The notes below the pieces were generated by a model. The model saw only the letters and a program-made list of their open reading frames with translations, was not told the DNA's origin and did no database searches. A stretch of DNA of 64,000 bases from Octopus vulgaris (lineage: Eukaryota). Positions within the stretch are counted from its first letter, which is position 1, and each line of letters starts with the position of its first letter. Position numbers and translations under genes: made by a program. Location: NCBI GenBank assembly GCA_951406725.2, contig OX597829.1:434001-498000 (forward strand). Reading direction: 5' to 3'. This document shows, piece after piece, positions 14,691 through 26,935 of this stretch.

Positions 14691-14834
14691 GAATCTTGTC
14701 CGAATGTTTTCGAATTCGCATTGGTCTCTGTTCCATTCCACTTCACAGCATATTTTAGCTACCATGGTATCACGTGGTATCTCGGGTCGATCGTAATCCT
14801 TCTTCATCATTGGAATTGAAGAGACAATGCCGAA

Positions 14835-15380
14835 GTCCGTGTGGCTTAGTGGTAAGGGTATACATCTCACGATCGTGAGGTCATAAGTTCGACTCCGTTG
14901 TGTCCTTGAGCAAGACACTTTCACGCTGCTCAGCCGCCAAAAAGGAGTATTTCAAAGGGCCAACTTTGTCACATCCTGTATCACGCTGAGATCTATGTTA
15001 AAGTTACGCGTATCTGTGGAGTACTCAGCCACTTGCACGTTAATTTCATGAGCGTGCTGTTCCGTTGATCGGATCAACTGGAATCCTAGTCGTCGTAACC
15101 GACGGAGTGCCAGGGTATTCAATTCACGATGTGAAGTTCGTGAGTTAGATTTCGGTGGTGCGTTGGGTCCTTGAACAAGACACACACATTACACGTTGCT
15201 TCAGTTCACTCAGCTGGCAAGGGCCAGCCTTGATGCATTTTGTGTTGCGCTGAATCTCCTGATTAAGGGTAAGCGTATCTGTGGAGTATTCAGCCACTTG
15301 CTCGTTAATTTCACGAGTAGGCAATTCCGTTGATCAGATCAACTGGAACCTTCGTCGTCGTAAGCGACGGAATGCCAATG
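14835..15380 (+). mobile_element. Two tandem diverged tRNA-headed SINE copies
   Basis: The block gtccttga.caagacac..gcgtatctgtggagta.tcagccacttgc.cgttaatttca..gatcaactggaa..gtcgtcgtaa.cgacgga.tgcca occurs twice. Confidence 0.7.
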
Positions 15381-15587
15381 TTTTTTTCGTCTCCCACCAC
15401 CGTCTGACAACCGGTGTTGATATGTTTACGACCCCATAACTTAGAATAAGTACTATGCTTAAGAAGAAAATAGTCGATTTGTTCGACTAAAAAAATACCA
15501 TTCAAGGACGTGCCCCAGCATGACCAGGTTCATTTAATTTGTAAAACTTGATTTGCCACAATCACCAGCATTATAGTTGCGATTATC

Positions 15588-15812
15588 AGGCAATCTCGCA
15601 GAAACGTTAGCACGCCGGGTGAAATGCGTAGCCGTATTTCGTCTGCCGTTACGTTTTGGGTTCAAATTCCGCCGAGGTCGACTTTGCCTTTCATCTTTTC
15701 GGGGTCGATGAATTAACTACCAGTTACGCACTGGGGCCGATGTAATCGACTTAATCCGTTTGTTTGTCCTTGTTTGTCCCCTCTGTGTTTAGCTCCTTGT
15801 GGGTAGTAAAGA
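15588..15812 (+). mobile_element. SINE family A
   Basis: Matches the family A consensus. Confidence 0.9.
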
Positions 15813-15819
15813 AAGATAT

Positions 15820-16110
15820 CATCACCCCACCGCCACCATCACTATCGTCACCACCAGCACCAACACTACCTCAAACACTAATGCCACACAAACTCACCAT
15901 TCACCTACACCATTACCACCACCGTCGACACCCCCACCACTACCACCACCACTATCACCACCAATATCACCGCCACCACCTTCCTCCACCACCTCCATCT
16001 CGCACTTCCATCACCATCGCCACCACCACCAACACTACCACCTTCCATCTCATGCACCTCATTCTACCTTCCCACTTTCTTCCACCTCCACCTCCACCCC
16101 ACCCCACTGT
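15820..16110. repeat. Degenerate (CAC)n low-complexity tract
   Basis: Direct reading. It explains the Pro/His/Thr-rich ORFs. Confidence 0.9.
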
Positions 16111-16508
16111 TCTGACCCTTCATGTCTACCCCTTTTTTTTGTTTAACTGACTCTTGATGCCGCTGTTCCTTTTGCAGTAACCTACTTCTTCATCACCCAC
16201 CTTTTCCTGTTTTGCTGCTACCATCCACCACCCGCACATCAATCTGAGGACCCGTTAAAGGGTCACAGGATTTGCCCTTTTTTCTCTCTCAGCTAAACTA
16301 TAAAAAGAGAAAACAATAGAATTTACTCGGAAACACACAAGGATAATCACATATATTTTCATTCACACACGCACACACACACACACTCACATATACACAC
16401 ACACACACATACACATACATCCACATGCAGGCTAATGAGCTAAGAGTTTATACATTCGTATTTCTTCACGCATACATATACATACAAATCAAACATACAA
16501 CAATAAAT

Positions 16509-16562
<54 letters not shown>

Positions 16563-16944
16563 ACATACACACACAAATATGCGCGCACATACACACCGGA
16601 ATTAAAAAATAAGAAATATGAACTACTCACATTAAATAATGTAGATTTAGATGGAATGGTCACAACTGGAACATCTTTAATTATAACTCTGCCCACTCAA
16701 GGTTGATTATGGATAAACAACACATTAGATAATGCAGCCCTAGTATACTATGTCGGAATAAAAAAATTGGTCTGGTCACTTCTGGAATGGATTTGATCAT
16801 AGGTCACTAATAATCCATTCTGTTATAGGCACAAGGGCTGACATTTTGGGGCTAGTCGATTAGATCGACCCCAGTGCCTGAGAAAAGAAAAGTCAACCCC
16901 GGAAGGATTTGAACCCAGAACGTACATACAAACTGACGAAATGC

Positions 16945-17598
16945 TTCTTTCTTTATTGCCCATAAGGGGCTAAACATAGAGGGGACAAACAATGACAGAC
17001 AAACGGATTAAGTCGATTACATCGACCCCAGTGCTTAACTGGTACTTATTTAATCGACCCCGAAAGGATGAAAGGCAAAGTCGACCTCAGCGGAATTTGA
17101 ACTCAGAAAGTAACGGCAGATGGAATACCTATTTCTTTACTACCCACAAGGGGCTAAACACAGAGGGGACAATCATCATCATTCATCATTGTTCGACCGT
17201 GGTCGAGACAATGGAATTTACCATGTTGCGCCAGACTTCACGGTCCATCATAGCATTACGGAGGTCCTGTTGCTTGATGCCTGTATCCCTGGAGATTACA
17301 TCAGGGTAGGAGAGTGTGCGCCCTCTGGTGTTGCGAGTAGATGGCTTCCATATATGCATACATACAAACATATATGTACGTACCTACATCTACATGTATA
17401 TATACATGCATATATAAATATATATACGTGTGTACAGGACACCACAAATAGACGTAGAACTCAGAGTAGAGGGGACAAACAAGGACAGACATACGGATTA
17501 AGTCGATTAGATCGACCCCAGTGCGTAACTGGTACTTAATTTATCGACCCCGAAAGGATGAAAGGCAAAATCAACCTCGGCGGAATTTGAACTCAGAA
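16945..17598 (-). mobile_element. SINE family A dimer interrupted by an RTE insertion
   Basis: SINE sequence at 16945-17172 resumes at 17468-17598. The 11-mer agaggggacaa is duplicated at 17162-17172 and 17468-17478. Confidence 0.85.
17173..17349 (-). mobile_element. 5'-truncated RTE-like LINE 3' end
   Basis: Encodes WKPSTRNTRGRTLSYPDVISRDTGIKQQDLRNAMMDREVWRNMVNSIVSTTVEQ* with a (TGA)n tail. Confidence 0.85.
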
Positions 17599-17743
17599 AC
17601 CCCCTACATTTCTATTCCCCTCCCCCCGCTCATCCTCACAAATTTCATAAATAAAACTTAATATAATTAACCCTTTATTTTGTTTGATTATTATATCATG
17701 TTTACTTGAACAAGGCAGCCGGCTGTGAGAGAGATGAGGAGGA

Positions 17744-17781
<38 letters not shown>

Positions 17782-18107
17782 GGAAGCAAAAGAGGGTGAA
17801 AGAAAGAGAGAAGAAGGAGTTATAGAGTTTCGCGTCATAATTATATATAAACACCGTTGAGTTCTACGTCTATTTGTGGTGTCCTGTACACACGTATATA
17901 TATTTATATATGCATGTATATATACATGTAGATGTAGGTACGTACATATATGTTTGTATGTATGCATATATATATATTTTTTTTTTTTTATTTATTACAC
18001 TATTGTATGACTGAGCGCCTTCGCGTCGATTCGATTCAATTCGTTTGGTTTCGTTTCTTCTTCTTCTTCTTCTTCTTCTTCTCTAAGCTGGTTTTTATAT
18101 ATATATA

Positions 18108-18332
18108 TACTCTTTACTCTCTTTTACTCTTTTACTTGTTTCAGTCATTTGACTGCGGTCATGCTGGAGCAACGCCTTTAGTCGAGCAAATCCTCCCCAG
18201 GACTTATTCTTTGGAAGCCTAGTACTTATTCTATCGGTCTCTTTTGCTGAACCGATAAGTGACGGGGACGTAAACACACCAGCATCAGTTGTCAAGCAAT
18301 GCTAGGGGTACAAACACAGACACACACACACA
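18108..18332 (-). mobile_element. SINE family B, 3' half
   Basis: Matches 34124-34340. Confidence 0.88.
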
Positions 18333-18370
<38 letters not shown>

Positions 18371-18665
18371 CCTTTTTATACTTTTTGAAAATAAAAATTA
18401 TATATATTGTATATTATATTAATTATATTTATATTATTTGTTATTCATGTATTGGTTTATGTCTATCACTGTTTGAGTTGCATAATAATGGTTTTATCTC
18501 TAATTCATATTTTACATATTTCATATTATATATTTTATATATTTATACTGTGAAATTTGATTTAATAGTAAATCGAATTTTTCCCTGTAAGTTTGGAGCT
18601 ATAATTCCTAATATTATTATCATTATTATATATATACATATATAATTACTTATGCATATACATAC

Positions 18666-18832
18666 AGGCGCAGGAATGGCTGTTTGGTGAGAACCGTGCT
18701 TCTTTCCTAACCACATGACTCCAGGTTCAGTCCCACTGCGTGACAACTTCAGCAAGTGTCTTCTACTACAGCCTCGGGTCAACCAAAGCCTTGTGAGTTG
18801 ATTTGGTAGACGGAAACTGAAAGAAACTCGTC
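18666..18832 (+). mobile_element. SINE family B, 5' half (tRNA head plus CORE-like domain)
   Basis: ggcgcaggaatggctgtttggtgag..ggttcagtccc..gcaagtgtcttctac..ggaaactgaaagaa. Confidence 0.85.
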
Positions 18833-18962
18833 ATATATATTTTTATTTTTCATTCCCTTTAAAAATTGCTCTTAAATGTGGTTTTGGTCGTTTTGACTGC
18901 TTCTTCTGGCGTGTAAAAATTACCTACTAAAGGTTGTTTTCTCTTGTGTTTAAATGCACATT

Positions 18963-19037
<75 letters not shown>

Positions 19038-19162
19038 TGATAGAAATGGTAAGACAACAAAAGAATGAAAGGGACCTCGATATTATGTAAATAGAGGAAT
19101 TTATCTGTAAATATAATATGTGACAATTATTCGGTAACATAATTGTCACATATTACATTCAC

Positions 19163-19213
<51 letters not shown>

Positions 19214-19239
19214 TTATAATATATATATATATATATACA

Positions 19240-19398
19240 CTTGTTGGTGTGTTTACGTCCCTGTAACTTAGCGGTTCGCCAAAAGAGACTGATAGAATAC
19301 GTACTGGGCTTCCAAAGAATAAGTCCTAGGGTCAATTTGTTCGAGTAAAGGCGGTGCTCTAGCTTGGCCGCAGTGAAATGACTGAAGGAATTAAAAGA

Positions 19399-19400
<2 letters not shown>
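19240..19400 (+). mobile_element. SINE family B, 3' fragment
   Basis: ggtgtgtttacgtcc..aacttagcggttcg..ggccgcagtgaaatgactgaa. Confidence 0.8.
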
Positions 19401-19475
<75 letters not shown>

Positions 19476-19914
19476 CCGGAGTAAGCATATAAATGTAAAA
19501 AAAAAGAGTACTCAAATACCAGAGATAGAGTAATATGCTTTATTTAAAAGCACCAGAAACGCTCCCATTCGTCGAACAGTTTTGTTAAAATAGAACAGAA
19601 ATAACGATACGACCAAAACTAGTTAAAGGATAGACCTTTAAAAATGTTTTATTGGTCCTTTCAAATAACGGTCTTAAGCATGCGATAAACAAAATAAACA
19701 AAATAAATGAATTCAATATAAATTCATCCTATTATAAAGAAAATCGAGGAAAAACCTTAAATCGAAGAGCGGATTCAAAATACATATTGTCATTAATTAT
19801 TTATGAAATATAATTCGATTAATACAATTAATACATTAAAAATTATATTTACGATTGCGTGATTGTGGTTTCGATTGCTAGAGCAGCGTTGCGTTGTGTT
19901 TCTTAAGCAAAATT

Positions 19915-20310
19915 TGCGGAACTGTTTCCGGAGGGAAACGCAATCTTTCAGGATGATAATGCACAAATTCACAGAGCTAAAGTTGTTACTGAATGGCACG
20001 AGGAACTTTCTAGTGAAGTTGTACATCTTATCTGGCCACCACATTCCCCAAATCTCAATATTATTGAACATTCATGGTGCATTTTAGAAAAAAATAAATG
20101 AGTCGATATCCTCCACCATCAACACTACAAGAACTGGAAACTGATTTAGCTGAAGAATGGACAAAAAGTCATTTGGAAACAATTCAAACTTTGTACGAGT
20201 CTATACCGCGTAGAATTCAAGATGTAATTACTGCCAAAGGTTGTCCTACCCTATTTTAAAATAAATTTCTTCGAAATTGAAGTTGTTTCCATTATTTTGT
20301 TCAACCCCTG
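19915..20310 (+). mobile_element. Tc1-superfamily transposon 3' fragment (DD36E spacing) with right TIR
   Basis: Translation IFQDDNAQIHRAKVVTEWHEELSSEVVHLIWPPHSPNLNIIEHSW..LYESIPRRIQDVITAKGCPT. Ends with tgtttccattattttgttcaacccctg followed by TA. Confidence 0.9.
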
Positions 20311-20347
20311 TATATATATAATATATGCTTATGTATGTGTGTGTGTG

Positions 20348-20381
<34 letters not shown>

Positions 20382-20442
20382 TATGTTTTTAGTATCGTCT
20401 CCTAAATGTTTTACGTTCTTGTCCCAGTTTGTATTTTTTTAC

Positions 20443-20594
<152 letters not shown>

Positions 20595-20603
20595 GTATAT
20601 ATA

Positions 20604-20770
20604 TAGTTAATCCAAACATGAAAACACAAAGAGAAAACACAACGCCAGGACGTGGAACAAGTATAGTGTTATTGGACGCTAAGGAAAGGAGAAAAAGAAG
20701 GCGGACTTAAAGTTTCGAGCGTAGCTCTTCGTCAGAAACATAGGAAAAGGAAAGATCCATGGAAGGGAAT
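20604..20770 (-). mobile_element. Short hammerhead-bearing element within (TA)n; relatives at 22700-22845, 23828-24032, 27384-27475 and 35125-35172
   Basis: Shared ttaatccaa.ca.gaaaaca.aaag..aacaacgc.aggacgtggaacaa. Minus strand 20707-20738 reads ttt-CTGACGA-a-gagc-tac-gctc-GAAA-ct-TT-aa. Confidence 0.7.
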
Positions 20771-20970
20771 ATATATATATATTATGTAGATGGGGTTATA
20801 ATCCAAACACCGTTCTCCTGAACCACATCTGCATATTTCTTTAAAACAAAATTTTATGTAAATTTTATATTCATGAGAAGTAGGCAAACGAGTTGAAAAT
20901 CACGGGAAAATAGTTTTTGCTGAGTAATTACTTTTTTGTTCCGATATATATAAGTATGTATGTATGTATG

Positions 20971-21056
<86 letters not shown>

Positions 21057-21059
21057 ATT

Positions 21060-21137
<78 letters not shown>

Positions 21138-21149
21138 ATATATATATAT

Positions 21150-21362
21150 GCGTGTTTGTGTTTGTGTGTCTGTGTTTGTCCCCCTAACATTGCTTGACAA
21201 CCGATGCTGGTGTGTTTATGTCCCCGTTACTTAGCGGTTCGGCAAAAGAGACCGATAGAATAAGTACTGGGCTTACAAAAGAATAAATCCCGGGGTCGAG
21301 TTGCTCGATTAAACGGTGCTCCAGCATGGCCGCAGTCAAATGTCTGAAACAAGTAAAAGAGT
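21150..21362 (+). mobile_element. SINE family B, 3' half
   Basis: Matches the family B consensus. Confidence 0.88.
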
Positions 21363-21782
21363 ATATATATTTTTTTATGTGTGTGCGTGCGTGTGTGTGT
21401 GTGTGTGTGTGTGTGAGAGTAAATGAGTGAGTGAGCGAGCGAATACGTACATAACACTGAAGATACATTAGATAATGGAGTCCTAGATACACTTTGCCGA
21501 AATTTACAAAAAAGAAAGAAAAAGGTAAAAAGTATTGAATTAAAATATAGCAAAAACAGGATAGTCAGCGGGAAAGAAATAAAAACAACAGCAACAACAA
21601 CAGCAACAACAACAACAAGTAGTGTACCGACTGCACTAAGATGAAAGTAGGTGAGAGCAAATTAGAAATAAATGCATTAAAATATTCCCCGAAGTAAAAA
21701 CGATTAACAAACAAAAGTAAAGTACTAAATAAATAAATAGCTAAATATATAGGTGACTGTAATAAATAGTGAGTCGCTGATA

Positions 21783-21825
<43 letters not shown>

Positions 21826-22056
21826 TAGCTTTGGTGGATGCTGCTGGGCAGTAGAGAGTATATTGGAAGAGATTTTTAAGACGGCGACCCTGGTGAAGTA
21901 GGAATGTGAAAAAATGTCAGTTGTTGGTCCAATGTCATAGCCTGGAGCGAAGAAGAAACAGATTTCTTAATTTGTAAGGTTCTCTTATACACACGCATAC
22001 AAGCACACACACACACATACACACACACAAACATATACACTCACCAACCCACATAG

Positions 22057-22135
<79 letters not shown>

Positions 22136-22415
22136 CTCATATATATGAATATATTTAAGTATGTATATACACACATACATATATATACATATATGTGCAT
22201 ATATATATATATATATATGTATATGCAAATATGTATATATGTGCATACATGTATGAATATATACATATATACGTATATTGATGTATATATAAACATATCT
22301 ATATGTCTGTATAGATACATAGACAAACAGACAGAAAGATAGATACATAGATAGATAGATAGACAGACAGATATATATATATATAATCAAAATAAGCAAC
22401 AAGAATGACTCCGGT

Positions 22416-22506
22416 AATTTGGTACAATCGTTTCGTACTACTTCATTTTATTAAATGTTGTAAGTATTTCAACAGATTTAAGATGCTGAGTACTCATCAG
22501 CCAATT
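22416..22506 (-). ncRNA. Type-I hammerhead ribozyme, canonical core, long stem II
   Basis: Minus strand: aattgg-CTGATGA-gtact..(cat/atg, ttaaa/tttaa, tgttg/caaca)..agtac-GAAA-c-gatt-g-TA-ccaaatt. All core nucleotides are present and the cleavage triplet is GUA. Confidence 0.75.
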
Positions 22507-22893
22507 ATAGAGGTTTTCCATTAATACAAAAATTTCAAATCAAATGGCAACATTATAGAGAAGGCAGATATACAGACAAAGATGTGGATTTAAATTTTAA
22601 GAACATATGAGGTAGTGAAGTCCTTCCACTGACTGACTAAGATATGGCTGTTCCTAACTGCTGTAAGGTTAGAAGTAATAAAGATTTTTTAATTGTAGAA
22701 ATGGGGGTAAGTCCAAAAACAGACCAAACGCAAAGGGAAGAAAGGGAAGAAAGATGGTTTAACATTTCGAGCAGACGCTCTTCTTCGGAACAGGGAAGTC
22801 CAACAGAAGGGAAGACGGAGAAAGAACATCGCCAACGATTCACATATATACGTGTATATATATATATATACATCCACACACACACACACACAC

Positions 22894-22951
<58 letters not shown>

Positions 22952-23031
22952 AATTGCAGCGTGGAAGGTGTTTATAAGCCATTTAAGAAACACACAAAAG
23001 CCGTTCGATTCACTCCAACATTTAAGTTTAA

Positions 23032-23081
23032 TTTGTCAAAATATTTTCGTCGCTAAAATCCGCGACCTGTTCACTGACAAA
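23032..23081 (-). ncRNA. Type-I minimal hammerhead with G3-C8 swapped core
   Basis: Minus strand: tttgtca-GTGAACA-g-gtcgc-ggatttta-gcgac-GAAA-atat-TT-tgacaaa. Stem I is 7 bp, stem II is 5 bp, and stem III is the palindrome AATATT. Confidence 0.7.
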
Positions 23082-23116
23082 GTCCGTGCTGCATCTATCT
23101 ATCTATATATATATAT

Positions 23117-23762
23117 GAGATGTCTGCGTTCTATTTGCAATGTTAAATGGCAAGATCATGTTCGAAATAGTGAGTTATTGGAGAGGTGTGAGATCACTGG
23201 TATTGAAACATTTTTGATTAAGATACAAATGCGGTGGTCTGGTCATCTCACAAGAATGGATGACTCAAGAGTTCCAAAGCAGCTTTTTTATGGGCAATTG
23301 ACAAATTCTTCCCGTCCAACAGGGCGTCCTCTTCTTCGTTACAAGGACAAACTAAAAGACAATCTGAAGCGTTGTGACATTGCTCTGAGCTCCTGGGAGA
23401 GTGCAGCAGGGGATCGCAGCAAATGGAGGAAAATGTGTTTTCTAAAGACTAGAGAATTTGAAAGTAACCGTCTTCGTCATAGGGACGCCCTTCGTGCAAA
23501 TTTGAAAGTAACGCATCAGCAAAAAAAAAATAAAACAAACAATGACTGAGTGTGTCACAGTGGGTTTAAAGCACGAAGCAAAGCTGGGTTCGCTGTCCAC
23601 TCGAGAAGACATTTTGAACCAACGAATACATGCAAGTGTACCATTTGCGAGAAAATGTGAAAGACATCTGCTGGATTGAAGGTACACATGCGGTGTCACA
23701 GGGCTTAGGAATTGTTGAAGGTTATTTAATGAACCCTCATTCATCGTCTTCGATGAGAGAAT
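23117..23762 (+). mobile_element. RTE-clade LINE, 5'-truncated (post-RT domain and 3' UTR)
   Basis: RCLRSICNVKWQDHVRNSELLER..MRWSGHLTRMDDSRVPKQLFYGQL..GRPLLRYKDKLK..WESAAGDRSKWR is a typical RTE C-terminus. Flanked by (TA)n. Confidence 0.9.
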
Positions 23763-23793
23763 ATATGTATGTATGTATATATGCGTATATATA

Positions 23794-23827
<34 letters not shown>

Positions 23828-23832
<5 letters not shown>

Positions 23833-24029
23833 TCCAAGCATGAAAACACAAAGAGAAAACACAACAACGCGAGGACGTGGAACAAGTATAGTATTATTGG
23901 ACGGTCAGAAAGGAAGGGAAGAAGGAGGGTTTAACGTTTCGGGCGGAGCTCTTCATCGGAAACATAGGAGAAGGGAAGATCCAGAGAAGGGAAGACGGAA
24001 GAAAAAAATCGCCAACGGTACACACGCGG

Positions 24030-24032
<3 letters not shown>
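23828..24032 (-). mobile_element. Short hammerhead-bearing element (family of 20604-20770)
   Basis: Minus strand 23930-23962 reads ttt-CCGATGA-a-gagc-tcc-gccc-GAAA-cg-TT-aaa. Confidence 0.7.
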
Positions 24033-24097
<65 letters not shown>

Positions 24098-24794
24098 GTA
24101 TATATGCGTATATATAATTATATACGTATATATATATATAATATATGATATATATATGTGAGCATGTATATATATATATATACATACATAATATATCTAT
24201 GTACATATATCTTTCTACATACATACATATATACAAGTACATATATATATATGATATATATATGGACACACTCTCACATACATACTTAACAAACACGAGC
24301 AAAAACAGAGGAGTTCCATTATCTGTAAGCACAAGATAACAAATCTGTTTTGGTGTCGCACGCCTCGTGTAAATTAATTTAAATACTTCCTGGCAGAAAA
24401 TGCCTTCCAAATAGTCATCGTCAAATCTAAGAGTGTCTACATTTTGTTTTTATTGCTATATATTTTTTTATTTGTTTTGATTACATATATATATATACAC
24501 ACACACACACACATATAAGCATTATATTTGGTGCGAGTTTGTGTGAGTATATATTTTCTCCTTTTCCACTTTTGTATGCTGTGTCGGACGTGGGTGAAAT
24601 GGTGGAGGTGGAATGATTTTTTCCTCATAATGATGTTGTTGAAGCGTAGTTAAATGTAAAATTGAATTCTTTGCGACTTTCAGGCACCGGTCAGTTATTA
24701 TTACCAAATTAACGCAATTATGGTACCACTATAGTTAGAGGCTAACGCATAAAGTCTCGATAAATACCCACATAAAAAACACACACACACATAT

Positions 24795-24827
<33 letters not shown>

Positions 24828-25127
24828 CAGATGTATACATACACACACACACACATTTAAACTGAGAGTGTGTGAGGGAGTGAAAGAAATACTTTAGACA
24901 AATATATATAGGTTCGTATTTTTAAGGAGAGTGTAGAAGAGAAAAGAAGGAGCTGGCGGTAAAATCGATGTGTAATGTGAGTGTTACTGTTAGTGTATTC
25001 ATATGTGTGTATGTATGTAAGTGTATATATATATATGTGTATGTATGTTAGTGTATTATATATATATATATATATATATATTATACACTATATATACATA
25101 CACATATATATATATACATACATACAC

Positions 25128-25181
<54 letters not shown>

Positions 25182-25185
25182 GTAC

Positions 25186-25276
<91 letters not shown>

Positions 25277-25486
25277 TATGTGTGTATGTATGTTAGTGTA
25301 TGTATATATATATATGTATGTATGTGTATATATCCAGATAGACAGATGATAGACGAAAAGAGGGAGAGAGGAAGAGAAACAAAGAAAATAAGATTAGTCA
25401 AAAAACAAAAAACAAAAAACGTGAGAAAGAGAAATCCTTCAAGAGGCGAAAAGGGAAACTTGTGAACAAATGTAAACGCTGTCCGA

Positions 25487-25510
25487 TCACCTTTGACCTA
25501 TGACTGACCT
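25487..25510 (-). promoter_or_regulatory. Candidate nuclear-receptor element: AGGTCA-n5-AGGTCA-n1-AGGTGA (DR5 plus DR1)
   Basis: Plus strand tcacct-t-tgacct-atgac-tgacct in non-repetitive sequence. Motif match only. Confidence 0.35.
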
Positions 25511-25944
25511 TCAACGGTCTGAAGCCCACAACCTTATTAGTTAACGGACAAACTTCCTCTTGCTCGCTTTCTCTCAAACCCCTCCCCTATCCCTCTTTAT
25601 GTGTCCCTTTTTCGCCTTGTATCACACTTCTTTTTTTTTTTTCATTTTGTTTGTCTTCTTAATTTTTTGCTTTTTAGTCTCTCTCGGATACAGTGTTATC
25701 TCCCCTGAGATTTGGTTGTTTCAGTTGGAAAAGGACGTAGCATTTTGTTAAGCGACACTCAGTAATCTGCCAGAGATGAAGACACACAGAAAACGTATAT
25801 ACAGAAATACACATACGTGCAATTACAGAAACGGTAGCCCTCACACAAGTACGTATATAAAGTATATGCTGCGGCGGAATAAAATATACATACACTTATA
25901 TGCATATACATACGTATATATATGTGTGTGTGTGTGTGTTGTGA

Positions 25945-26018
<74 letters not shown>

Positions 26019-26079
26019 GTTGTGCGTGTGTGTATATATATATGTGAGTGTATATGTGTGTGTGTGTATGTGTGTGAGT

Positions 26080-26217
26080 GAGTGGTTACCAACCACATGG
26101 TTCTGGGTTCAGTCCCACGGCGTGGGACTTTGGACAAGTGTCTTCTACTAAAAGCCTCGGGCCGACCACAGCCTTGTGAGTGAATTTGGTAGACAGAAAC
26201 CGAAAGAAGCCTGTCGT
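26080..26217 (+). mobile_element. SINE family B, 5' half
   Basis: ccaaccacatggttctgggttcagtccc..gacaagtgtcttctac..gaaagaagcctgtcg. Confidence 0.85.
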
Positions 26218-26317
26218 GTGTATATATATATATGTGTGTGTATACATACACTCTAGTGTTTTCTTTTTTCTGTTAATGACTTAATATGTTTTCAGACAAA
26301 AATGTTCGTGTGCAGAT

Positions 26318-26358
<41 letters not shown>

Positions 26359-26367
26359 TAAATGAAA

Positions 26368-26730
26368 TAAAACATATGCATATATATAAACATATATGTA
26401 CGTACCTACCTCTACATGTACATATACACGCATATATGAGTACAGGACACCAAAGGGACGTCGAACACAAAGAGAAACGAAAACATAGACACAAACCAAA
26501 GGAACAGGACATTTTTTTAAAAACAACAAAAAATGGAGTACAGGACAATTAACACAACGAAAAAAACCCTTCTTCAGTCGCTATGGTTTCATCTACTCTA
26601 CGTTTCGAAGGATAAAAGCGAGACGTATCTTCGACAAGAAACTTTCCTTCCTGCGAAAAGCAAATCAATTAAAATTCTGAGATCTTTTCGCGGAGGGGTA
26701 AAAAATGGTAAAAAGATGGTAAAAAAAAAC
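26368..26730. mobile_element. Unclassified repeat, Penelope-pLTR-like; related to 17858-17971
   Basis: Shares catatatgtacgtacctac.tctacatgta..tacaggacacca with 17350-17463. The minus strand has a hammerhead-like CGAAACGTA. Confidence 0.5.
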
Positions 26731-26844
26731 AGGACAGTAACGACAGTACAAAAATATAAACAGTAAAAAAATATATAAACAGTAAAAAAATATATATAAC
26801 AGTAAAATATATATATATAGATAGATAAATAGATAGATAGATAA

Positions 26845-26935
<91 letters not shown>

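Noticed and set aside
22968-23549. 193-aa ORF as a host gene
   Set aside because: The N-terminus is repeat and microsatellite read-through, and the remainder is an RTE LINE C-terminus.
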